Assembly: GCA_041662825.1 (NCBI GenBank)
Contig: JBAZRS010000001.1
Span: forward strand, 1-39,164
Length of the DNA stretch: 39,164 nt
Source: Victivallales bacterium
Lineage (GTDB): Bacteria; Verrucomicrobiota; Lentisphaeria; Victivallales; GWF2-50-93
Reading direction: 5' to 3'
Shown: one piece after another, positions 32,115 to 39,164 of the stretch
How positions within the stretch are numbered: position 1 is the first letter of the stretch
Layout of the letters: the number at the start of each line of letters is the position of its first letter
The notes under the pieces: model-generated
Databases searched by the model: none
The model's input: only the letters and a program-made list of their open reading frames with translations
Told to the model about the DNA's origin: nothing
Program-made: the position numbers and the translations under genes

Positions 32115-33278
32115 ATGCCAGTGGGAGATTTTAAAGTCGATACCTTTTCCGATGAAGAAAAGGCCGCTTTGGGAGAAGCGAAGGCCGAGAAAACGACAGA
32201 GACGAAAACCGAACCTGTCGAAACCGAGGTCAAGGAGGGACCGGAAACCCAAACCGAAACGACGGAAACAAAGACCGAAACCGAGGTCAAGACCGAACCG
32301 GAGGTTAAAACCGAGCAAACGGCGGAGCCGACAGCCGAAGAAAAGGAGGCAGCGGAAGACCAGGGCTTTCAGGTCGTCACCGATGAAAAAGGCAGAAGCT
32401 ATATCGTCGATGAAGACGGAGAGCGAATCCCCCCGAAACGCTTCAAGGAAATCTACCGGGAAGCGAAGGAAGGGGAACGAATACGAGAAAAACATAACCT
32501 TCTGAAACAGATAGGCCCTGAAGAGTTTTACAGGCTCTATCCCGATGAAAAACCGGCGGGTTACAAACCGCAGGAGAAACAAGCAGCACCGATCCCGAAG
32601 GCAGCGAGCTTTCAGGAAATTGCAAACTTAGAGGTCAATGATCCGACCCCTGGCAGCCCGATACATGGAAAGCGGTTAGGGGAGCTACTGTCAAGCGACG
32701 ATGAAATCGAAAGAGTCGCAGGCCATTCTCTTTTGGCTCAGTACGAACAGAGCCAGAGGGACGCCGAGAACGCCGAGAAGCAGAAAAAAGAAGCCTACGC
32801 ACAGGAGGCGACAAGCGAGTTCAACGCTTTTTGCTTCTCAAGGGCAAAGGAAATGCTGCTGGACCAGGCCGGCCAGCCGAAGGACCCCGCGACATATACA
32901 CCCGCAGAGCTTGAAAGGGTGGCCGCAGTGGGCCGAAAGGTTCTTGAATGGACGTTGACCCCGGACCCCGTAACGGGGAGAAGCCGAAGCCATTACACAA
33001 TGGCAGACGCTTATTTCCTCATGAACCGGGACAACATCATCAAGACCGAAAAGACGAAGGCCGCAAAAGCTACGCTCGAAACCATCACGAAGCCTGCGGT
33101 TAGGTCGATCGGACCCGGAGGCGGAGGCACGCCGACAGGATTTGAAGCGGTCGAGGCCATGACGGAATCACAGTTGACGGACCATATAGACAAGATGTCC
33201 GATTCGGAGCTGAAAAAGTTTTATCGGGATGCGCCAAAATCTCTAAGGGATAAACACCCATCTTTACCGTGGGGATAA
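32115..33278 (+). CDS. scaffolding protein candidate (acidic, TE(T/V)K-repeat N-terminus)
   Basis: AAGGAGGA RBS before the ATG at 32115. It is directly upstream of the major capsid gene, highly charged and helical, with the low-complexity stretch TETKTEPVETEVKEGPETQTETTETKTETEVKTEPEVKTE. Confidence 0.5.
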   Translation: MPVGDFKVDTFSDEEKAALGEAKAEKTTETKTEPVETEVKEGPETQTETTETKTETEVKTEPEVKTEQTAEPTAEEKEAAEDQGFQVVTDEKGRSYIVDEDGERIPPKRFKEIYREAKEGERIREKHNLLKQIGPEEFYRLYPDEKPAGYKPQEKQAAPIPKAASFQEIANLEVNDPTPGSPIHGKRLGELLSSDDEIERVAGHSLLAQYEQSQRDAENAEKQKKEAYAQEATSEFNAFCFSRAKEMLLDQAGQPKDPATYTPAELERVAAVGRKVLEWTLTPDPVTGRSRSHYTMADAYFLMNRDNIIKTEKTKAAKATLETITKPAVRSIGPGGGGTPTGFEAVEAMTESQLTDHIDKMSDSELKKFYRDAPKSLRDKHPSLPWG

Positions 33279-33317
33279 CCTGTCTGCTTTGGAAGTCAAT
33301 TAACGGAGGACTTCAGC

Positions 33318-34307
33318 ATGGCAGATTGGACATTCGCAACAGGAAACGCGCTCACGCGGAAGGCGTGGGCTAAAAAATGGTGGATGGAGGCCAAAACCGA
33401 ATCGTATTTCTACGAAAACGGTTTTGTCGGAAAGTCAAACTCCAACATCGTTGTCGAGTTCCCTGACCTTGAAAAAGAGCAGGGCGACGTTATCACATAC
33501 GGGCAGTTAAGAGAGCTGTCCGGCGCGGGCGTGGCGAACGATTCGCAGATGGAAGGCGCAGAGGAAGCGCCGCTCACCTACGACGACACGCTGACTCTCA
33601 CGCAGATCAGAAACGCGATCCGAACGGCAGGCCGGGAAACCGAAATGCGGCCTTCCGACAACAGCATCAGGGAATACGCCTCTGAGCTTTTGAAGCGGTG
33701 GATGGCCGCGCAGATCGATCAGGCCATTTTCACGGCGGTGGAATCCAGCGCGACCAAAACCATCTATGGCGGGGACGCCACCACCACGGCAACCATCGAA
33801 GCCGGGGATTACATGACGCTTTCCCTGATTTCAAAGTGTGTGGCCTACGCAAGAAAAGCAAACCCGCTCATTATCGGACCCAACGTCAAAGGCAAGCCGA
33901 TGAATGGCGTGATCGTCATGTCGCCGGATCAGGCGTTTGACCTTTCGGAGCGTGACGCTGCATGGGCGCAGGCACAGCGCGAGGCGCAGCGCAGAGGCGC
34001 AGACAATCCCATCTTTACCGGGGCGCTCGGCATTCACAAAAACGTGCCGATCCATGAGCATCCACGGGTGGCAACGACAGCGGTATGGGGCACCAGTTCA
34101 AACCTGAACGGCGCGCAGGCGTCTTTCATGGGGTGCCAGTGCGCCGCCATTGCGTACTCGAAGCGGAAGATTTGGGAAGAGAAGACCTTTGACTTTGGGA
34201 ACAAAGCCGGTTTCTGCATCGGCGCGATTTACGGTATTTCAAAGTCGGTTTTCAACAGCGCCGACAATGCGTATGTCGCCGTTGATACGTACAGGACCAG
34301 CAATTAA
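33318..34307 (+). CDS. major capsid protein, N4-gp56-like family
   Basis: The N-terminus ...ALTRKAWAKKWWMEAKTESYF...F.G......IV.....L.KEQGDVITYGQLRELSGAGVANDSQMEGAEEA matches my recollection of the N4-gp56 capsid signature. Size 329 aa. GGAGGA RBS. Confidence 0.75.
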   Translation: MADWTFATGNALTRKAWAKKWWMEAKTESYFYENGFVGKSNSNIVVEFPDLEKEQGDVITYGQLRELSGAGVANDSQMEGAEEAPLTYDDTLTLTQIRNAIRTAGRETEMRPSDNSIREYASELLKRWMAAQIDQAIFTAVESSATKTIYGGDATTTATIEAGDYMTLSLISKCVAYARKANPLIIGPNVKGKPMNGVIVMSPDQAFDLSERDAAWAQAQREAQRRGADNPIFTGALGIHKNVPIHEHPRVATTAVWGTSSNLNGAQASFMGCQCAAIAYSKRKIWEEKTFDFGNKAGFCIGAIYGISKSVFNSADNAYVAVDTYRTSN

Positions 34308-34321
34308 GGGAGGAGTTCACA

Positions 34322-34525
34322 ATGAAGATTAAAGGCGTGATCCGAGTTTTGAAGTACGAAGCGACGGGCGTCAAGATTGCCGTCGAATCGAAAGACCTGG
34401 TTGGGCAGAATCAGTTTTTTATCCCGGTAACGGCCAAGAGGTTTTTACCCGAAAGCCAGTTTGAGTTTGAGCTGGAAGAAGAGAAACCCGAACAGGTCAA
34501 GGCTGTCAAAAAGGGGAAGAAATAA
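34322..34525 (+). CDS. small protein downstream of the capsid gene (decoration or accessory candidate)
   Basis: GGGAGGAG RBS, 67 aa, acidic with a Lys-rich C-tail. Confidence 0.5.
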   Translation: MKIKGVIRVLKYEATGVKIAVESKDLVGQNQFFIPVTAKRFLPESQFEFELEEEKPEQVKAVKKGKK

Positions 34526-34533
34526 CAATTTAT

Positions 34534-34598
34534 GGCGGAATAGGCCGGTGAGCGATCTTCCCGGCCAAAAGGGGGTAACTCCCGGCCCCCTTTCCGCC
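34534..34598 (+). other. 65-nt GC-rich multi-branch structured element (two hairpins closed by a 7-bp outer stem), possible terminator or processing element
   Basis: The outer stem pairs GGCGGAA (34534-40) with TTCCGCC (34592-98). Inside it are GGCCGG/CCGGCC (34543-48 / 34561-66) and GGGGG/CCCCC (34571-75 / 34586-90). TTT follows the second hairpin. Confidence 0.45.
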
Positions 34599-34635
34599 TA
34601 CCTTAACAACGGGGCATCCTGGGAGGGATCAGAAA

Positions 34636-35271
34636 ATGAAAGAGAGAAAAATAAAGTTGGAAGACCCGGTTGAAGCAGGGGAACAGGCCGAAAACGAAGA
34701 CATCGGGGATGCGTTCGATCTATCGAAGATCACCGCGGCCCCGCTTTCGGATGAGGTTGCAAAAACGCCAAAGCCTTTTGACGGCTACCCGTTGAAGTTC
34801 ACGCAGATGGAGGCCGACGGGAAAAAGCACAGGGTATGCGCAACATTCCTTGTGGCTCATAACCATATCGCAGATCCGATCAGGCAGGACCCGGCAAATC
34901 GGAAAGTCAAGGGCGGCGACGGCAAGATGCACCTCATAAGAACCTGTCACAATCGTTCCATCAGGGACGTATTGAACGGCCCTCATGCGAATGAGGCCGT
35001 ATGGTTCGACAGGCCCATAAAGTTAGCAAACGGCACGTTTTTCTGCGCCGTCGTTCCGTGTCCGTATGTCAGATCGCAGTTGTTGTTCAAGCACAACACG
35101 AAAAACAACAGCGTCGAAACCGACAAGCGTTATCTGCTTCTCGATACGGAACAGGCAAACCGGCTGAAACAATGCTTCCAGCAGGTCATTAACCCTAACA
35201 TCAGGATCGAGCAGGCGGCGAAATACTATTCCGGGGAAAGTACCGATGCCGTCGAAGCGCCTGAAGGATAA
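34636..35271 (+). CDS. hypothetical structural-module protein (211 aa)
   Basis: GGGAGGGA RBS. No motif recognised. Confidence 0.55.
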   Translation: MKERKIKLEDPVEAGEQAENEDIGDAFDLSKITAAPLSDEVAKTPKPFDGYPLKFTQMEADGKKHRVCATFLVAHNHIADPIRQDPANRKVKGGDGKMHLIRTCHNRSIRDVLNGPHANEAVWFDRPIKLANGTFFCAVVPCPYVRSQLLFKHNTKNNSVETDKRYLLLDTEQANRLKQCFQQVINPNIRIEQAAKYYSGESTDAVEAPEG

Positions 35272-35282
35272 AGGAGATTCAC

Positions 35283-35948
35283 ATGGCAAGTGTTGAAGGA
35301 AACATCAAACCGACGGGCTTAAGCCAGCGGTTACTGGTGACATTGCTTTATATGATCGTCTATTCGATTCAGGGGATCTGTCAAAAACTGGACGACGATG
35401 CGACAGTGCCCCTGACGACCTATGAAGCCAATGTTTATACGGCCATTTTCAACGGCTACATCGAAGATGTCCGGGGCAATACCATCATGAATCGGGTGTC
35501 GACGGCGGATGACAGGTTTTTCATCCTGACGCCGAACGGGGTAACGCCAAAAGCAATTTTGGAATGCCTCTATCAGATATTCGACATGATGGAAACCTTA
35601 ACGGAGCAGCTCGACACCGACGGGATCACGACCAGCACCTATGAGGCGCTTTGCTACACGGCGCTGTATGTCTGGATCGTGGAAAACGTCAAGGGAAACC
35701 AGCTCGGAAACGGGACGGCTTATTACTTCCGGCCCGGCGGGGAAACCGACCAGAAACAGCTTGTCGATCTTCTCTATGCGATCGTTGACAGCATAGAGAC
35801 CCTCACGGAGAAGCTGGACACGGACGCCGGAACGACGCCCCCGACCGATACGGATTACGAGGCGCTCTGGTTTACCGCAACAATCCTGATGAGGGTTCAG
35901 AGCTCAGCCGGGAATGTTGTCGGAAACGACATTACAATCACACCTTAA
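35283..35948 (+). CDS. internally triplicated protein (three ~70-aa repeats)
   Basis: The repeats are LLVTLLYMIVYSIQGICQKLDDDATVPLTTYEANVYTA, ILECLYQIFDMMETLTEQLDTDGITTSTYEALCYTA and LVDLLYAIVDSIETLTEKLDTDAGTTPPTDTDYEALWFTA. Confidence 0.6.
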   Translation: MASVEGNIKPTGLSQRLLVTLLYMIVYSIQGICQKLDDDATVPLTTYEANVYTAIFNGYIEDVRGNTIMNRVSTADDRFFILTPNGVTPKAILECLYQIFDMMETLTEQLDTDGITTSTYEALCYTALYVWIVENVKGNQLGNGTAYYFRPGGETDQKQLVDLLYAIVDSIETLTEKLDTDAGTTPPTDTDYEALWFTATILMRVQSSAGNVVGNDITITP

Positions 35949-35960
35949 AGGAGGAGTAAA

Positions 35961-36887
35961 ATGAAGAAAAGATTTTTGACAATTTTGACAGCCCTCATGC
36001 TGGCCTTCGCGTTTGTGCTTCCTGCATTCGCGGCGGAACAGGACATGTGGGCCTACGTGTATAAATGGGAAGGCGGGATCAATGCAGACGGAACGCTGGC
36101 CCTGACCAGGATCGAAAGCGGGATCACATTCAAGGTTCTGGCAATCGATTCCGACACGGCGGAAACCCTGACCTATTACAAGGGTTCAACTTCGCTCACC
36201 AACCCGGTAACAACCACGAGTTTTAATTCTGCAACGATTTGCAATGACATGGTGGCCTTCCGGGTAGATCCGACGGACTCCACCAACGACAGATATGTTG
36301 ACCTGATCGTGGTGGATACCAACGGCGGCTACACAAAATTCATCGAAAACTTCGACAAGTATCAGCACACCATTGTTATCGACGAAAGGCCGAACACGCT
36401 CCAGCAGGGTACCATCTGGTTTTCCTGCACGACAGCATATCCGAAAACGTTTGCGGCCGAAACCACGACCGGCGTTTCATTCCTGGCCGACACATTCATT
36501 CAGGATGTCAGAGTGGAAATCGTGACCACCACGTCAGGAACCACAATGGCCGTCGGTCTGCTTGACGTCGATCAGGACGGCCTGAGGTTCAACGTCTTGC
36601 AGACCACCGCAGGATACATTGCCGACACCGGAGTTATTACGTCCGGAGTCTGTCTGGATTACACAGCGGCGTCAAATTATGGAGATTTGCTTTACACGAA
36701 GATTACGGGCGCAAATTCGCTCTGGAACAGCACGAACTCCCTCGGTGGCAGGTCCTATAAAGGCCACGTCGTGACAAGCTCCAATTCGGGCACGATCACC
36801 TATTCGTGTTCGAGTACGGCAGGTGCGACGACAGCCGATCCAAACCCGGCGGGGTACATTCATTATTGGTTCAACCGGATCAGATAA
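35961..36887 (+). CDS. secreted beta-rich protein with signal peptide (308 aa)
   Basis: Strong AAGGAGGAG RBS. N-terminus MKKRFLTILTALMLAFAFVLPAFA|A. The mature part is T/S/G-rich. Confidence 0.6.
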   Translation: MKKRFLTILTALMLAFAFVLPAFAAEQDMWAYVYKWEGGINADGTLALTRIESGITFKVLAIDSDTAETLTYYKGSTSLTNPVTTTSFNSATICNDMVAFRVDPTDSTNDRYVDLIVVDTNGGYTKFIENFDKYQHTIVIDERPNTLQQGTIWFSCTTAYPKTFAAETTTGVSFLADTFIQDVRVEIVTTTSGTTMAVGLLDVDQDGLRFNVLQTTAGYIADTGVITSGVCLDYTAASNYGDLLYTKITGANSLWNSTNSLGGRSYKGHVVTSSNSGTITYSCSSTAGATTADPNPAGYIHYWFNRIR

Positions 36888-36906
36888 TGAATCAACTTTA
36901 AACACG

Positions 36907-36932
36907 GGGCAGGGGCCTGGGAACCCCTGCCC
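36907..36932 (+). other. strong 9-bp GC hairpin between the secreted-protein gene and the Wzy_C-like gene
   Basis: GGGCAGGGG (36907-15), an 8-nt loop, then CCCCTGCCC (36924-32). It is followed by ACTTAAAAA with no T-run. Confidence 0.5.
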
Positions 36933-36954
36933 ACTTAAAAACGGGAGATTGAGC

Positions 36955-38211
36955 ATGAAAGAAAAAGAACTGACATATAATTTTCAGGAATGGACCGTTC
37001 CGGCGCTGTTTTTGATCCTGCCCTTCGTTATTCTCGTTCCGGGTATGATCTGGACAAGCCACCACCTGTTTTTTATCCTCATGGTGCTGCCCATCATTGC
37101 GCTGTCGATCAAAAATTTATGGGTGCGTTCATTCCTGCTATACGCTTTTCTGTACCAGATCACGCTGCTTGTTTTCGCAATCAAGTATCCATTGATTAAC
37201 GCCGGAAGTGGATTGTCTGTCATATCGTCATTGATTGCGGCGGCCCTCGTTTACAAGCTGGTCTCGGAAAGCCGCATCCAATCAGAAAAATGGTTTTCCA
37301 TTATCCGCATTGCCGTGATTCTACAAGTCGTTATCTCTATTTCTCAATATCTCGGCTTCAATCCGATTACCTTTGTTATGAGCAATCTGATTTCGACAAA
37401 AGAGGGAATGCCGGGGGATTTCGTCGGCACCATCGGGAACCGAAATTATCTCATGGCGTTCGCCGCTATGTCCATCCCGCTTTTCATCGGATGGAAGTCA
37501 ATCCACTGGAAAATCGAAAAGCCCCTCGGAGTGGACGGTTGCTATCCCTGGAATATCAGGATCAACATTTCATTGATCGTTATCTTCATCGTTTTGTGTC
37601 TTGCGCCTTCTCCGGCTACGCTCGCCGCCGTGATCGGGCTTGCGGTCTATTTCAACCGGGGCTGGAAGTGGATTGTCATTTCGGCCTGCATAGCATTGGC
37701 CTATGTGTACGGATACGTCATTTTCAAAGGTGCCCACCTTACCGATTTTGAAAGATTGCCGGACCAATTAAACCAGATATGGAACACCGGGAAGGTATTG
37801 ATTCCGTTCAACGGCGCGCTTTATCCGGCGGAATATATACCGAATTGGTACGACATCGGCAGGTTCTCAATGTGGCTGACCGCATTGAGCAAGCTGATTA
37901 CGTCATGGTCCGCCATGGTCTTCGGTTTCGGCCCGGGCGCGTTTTGGGGAAAAGCTTATAATCTGCACAGCGAATACATGGCCGCATGGTTTTATTTCGG
38001 CCTGATCGGGCTTTCCGTCATGATCGGCTACATCTACACCACCATCAGGTTTTTAATCAAAAAAAAGGACATGATTCTGTTGTCGGCCTTCGTCATTCTC
38101 TGTCTGGACATGGGCGCAAACCACACGCTGCATATAGCGACAACGGCGTTTCTGGCCGTCATTATCTGCGGATTGATCGAAAGAGAAAGGTTGATCTATG
38201 GCAAACTATAA
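36955..38211 (+). CDS. polytopic membrane protein, O-antigen ligase / polymerase (Wzy_C) family-like
   Basis: Roughly ten hydrophobic segments. Sequence FVGTIGNRNYLMAFAAMSIPL, followed by a large loop and then FGFGPGAFWGKAYNLHSEYMAAWFYFGLIGL, resembles the Wzy_C signature (G.G.G.F.....HN.YL....E.G..G). GGGAGA RBS before the ATG at 36955. Confidence 0.65.
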   Translation: MKEKELTYNFQEWTVPALFLILPFVILVPGMIWTSHHLFFILMVLPIIALSIKNLWVRSFLLYAFLYQITLLVFAIKYPLINAGSGLSVISSLIAAALVYKLVSESRIQSEKWFSIIRIAVILQVVISISQYLGFNPITFVMSNLISTKEGMPGDFVGTIGNRNYLMAFAAMSIPLFIGWKSIHWKIEKPLGVDGCYPWNIRINISLIVIFIVLCLAPSPATLAAVIGLAVYFNRGWKWIVISACIALAYVYGYVIFKGAHLTDFERLPDQLNQIWNTGKVLIPFNGALYPAEYIPNWYDIGRFSMWLTALSKLITSWSAMVFGFGPGAFWGKAYNLHSEYMAAWFYFGLIGLSVMIGYIYTTIRFLIKKKDMILLSAFVILCLDMGANHTLHIATTAFLAVIICGLIERERLIYGKL

Positions 38212-39106
38212 GAGCTTTGAAGAGATTTACAACGCGGTCATGCTGGCGATAGGCGACCTGAGTTATGGCAGGAAGGAAGAGGTCAAGGCCGTTGTCAACA
38301 TGATCTACCTCAATGAGATTCAGTCCGTCGATGAACTCTACCCGCTTTTCTGGTTGCTCGAAACCGACGACACGAAGAAATCAAAAGACCCGGTAACGGC
38401 AATAACGTCAATCACAAAAGCCACGCCGCCCGTTGTGACTTCCGTGGCTCATGGACTTGTAACCGGTGATCTTGTGACGCTCTATGATTCCGACATGACG
38501 GAAATCAATTATCAGACCTGTCACTTTACGAGGACATCAGCGGACGCGGGCAGCTTGCAAGACCTATCAAAAACCAGCATTGCCGGTCTCGGTTACGCCG
38601 CAGCGGGAACCACGGGGAAGATGCACCACCGGGGAGTGACCCTGACCGCCTGCAAAAGAGTCCTGCTTGCGAACTGGCATGGCTACAGCCCCGGCATGGA
38701 GTTTCTTTCCCCGAAAGAAATAGCCGATCAGACAACGTGGCTTGACGAGTCCACGTCCAGACCTACAAAAATGCTTTACAGAAAGGTCTATACCGCAGCC
38801 GGGGCGGAATACGACTATCTGTTGTGGTTTCAGGCCGCCGACGATGCCTACGATCTGCACCTTTGGTATGAAAAGAATATCGACAGGCTGTCCGCGACGA
38901 CCGATGTTCCTGTCGGGCCGCCACAGGTTGCCGACGCGATTATCGCAGGCGCGATTATGAGGCTTGTAAAAAACGAAGTCCAGGTTGAAAACGCCGTAGT
39001 TTGGCCGAGCGTCTATAAATCAAACCTTGAAGCCATCAAATCCATGAACCGAAAATGGTGGGAGAACATGAAACAAAGCGAAAGGTCAGGTCTGTATTTG
39101 CCATGA
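38198..39106 (+). CDS. structural protein (adaptor or tail-associated candidate) with small beta-barrel insertion
   Basis: Overlaps the Wzy_C-like gene by 14 nt. ITKATPPVVTSVAHGLVTGDLVTLYD is the A.P.VVT...HGL.TGD.V motif common in phage structural proteins. Confidence 0.55.
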   Translation: MANYKSFEEIYNAVMLAIGDLSYGRKEEVKAVVNMIYLNEIQSVDELYPLFWLLETDDTKKSKDPVTAITSITKATPPVVTSVAHGLVTGDLVTLYDSDMTEINYQTCHFTRTSADAGSLQDLSKTSIAGLGYAAAGTTGKMHHRGVTLTACKRVLLANWHGYSPGMEFLSPKEIADQTTWLDESTSRPTKMLYRKVYTAAGAEYDYLLWFQAADDAYDLHLWYEKNIDRLSATTDVPVGPPQVADAIIAGAIMRLVKNEVQVENAVVWPSVYKSNLEAIKSMNRKWWENMKQSERSGLYLP

Positions 39107-39164
39107 AGAAAGCCTTTGTCGCCATAGCATTGATTTTATCTATTGTCGGGATAGCCATAGGACA
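39103..39164 (+). CDS. 5' end of an ORF with a hydrophobic, signal- or anchor-like N-terminus; truncated by the window end
   Basis: ATGA overlap with the previous stop. Sequence MKKAFVAIALILSIVGIAIG... Confidence 0.4.
   Translation, partial: MKKAFVAIALILSIVGIAIG

Noticed and set aside
31977-32582. 201-aa minus-strand ORF, and the 137-aa + strand ORF at 32092-32505 (Lys/Arg/Pro-rich)
   Set aside because: Both are alternative-frame shadows of the repetitive GAAACCGA/GAGGTCAAG-type sequence that encodes the acidic TE(T/V)K tract of the scaffold candidate. The in-frame ORF with a strong RBS at 32115 explains the region.
34534-34598. A tRNA or tRNA-like gene, because of the 7-bp acceptor-like closing stem
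   Set aside because: Only two internal arms are present, at 65 nt total. There is no anticodon arm, and no conserved D-loop (GG) or T-loop (TTCGA/TTCAA) sequence. It is kept only as an unclassified structured element.
38059-38066. The A8 homopolymer in the Wzy_C-like gene as a phase-variation switch
   Set aside because: Equivalent A8 tracts encoding Lys-Lys occur in unrelated genes (13916-13923, 23238-23245 and 28768-28775), so the tract is not specific to this gene. A8 is also short for efficient slippage.
1-39164. A CRISPR array, or a diversity-generating retroelement next to the fibre or LamG genes
   Set aside because: I found no regularly spaced direct repeats, no reverse-transcriptase-like ORF (no YxDD motif protein), and no template/variable repeat pair near the 3' ends of the fibre-like genes. 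An exhaustive repeat search was not possible by hand.

Overview
The whole 39.2-kb window reads as one temperate tailed-phage genome, or most of one, in the unintegrated attP-type gene order. I recognise no host genes. Almost everything is on the + strand. Order of modules: (a) 1-7240, late virion, ejection-type and fibre-like genes; (b) 7248-7910, an HNH-type endonuclease insertion; (c) 7944-9001, a lysis cassette with a SleB-type endolysin and small membrane proteins; (d) 9021-10220, an attP-proximal accessory block with a second HNH gene that has its own promoter, plus tiny membrane ORFs; (e) 10315-12211, the lysogeny switch, consisting of a 5' fragment of tRNA-Thr(CGU) overlapped by the stop codon of a minus-strand tyrosine integrase, a minus-strand cI-like repressor, and a divergent Cro-like gene; (f) 12.2-22 kb, an early region of many small ORFs including a PD-(D/E)XK nuclease, a Gp157-like protein, YopX and NinG; (g) 22172-22918, a replisome-organizer-like gene with an internal iteron-like repeat; (h) 22.9-39.2 kb, packaging and morphogenesis: DUF559 nuclease, HTH protein, small and large terminase, portal, fibre-like protein, scaffold candidate, N4-gp56-type major capsid protein and more structural ORFs. 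No sheath, tube, tape-measure or chaperone set is recognisable, which fits a short-tailed virion, but that is inference only. The most unusual content has three parts. First, at least five ORFs in the morphogenesis modules start with textbook Sec signal peptides, two of them carrying tail-fibre motifs, and a polytopic O-antigen-ligase/Wzy_C-like membrane protein is embedded in the same operon; this may be an envelope-directed or glyco-modification module. Second, the putative attP carries the 5' half of a tRNA rather than the usual 3' part, and the integrase ORF terminates inside it. Third, a perfect 22-bp tandem repeat is read in two frames and followed by AT-rich 13-mers inside the replication-initiator-like gene, which makes it a candidate origin. 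All functional calls come from motif recognition by eye. No database search was run.
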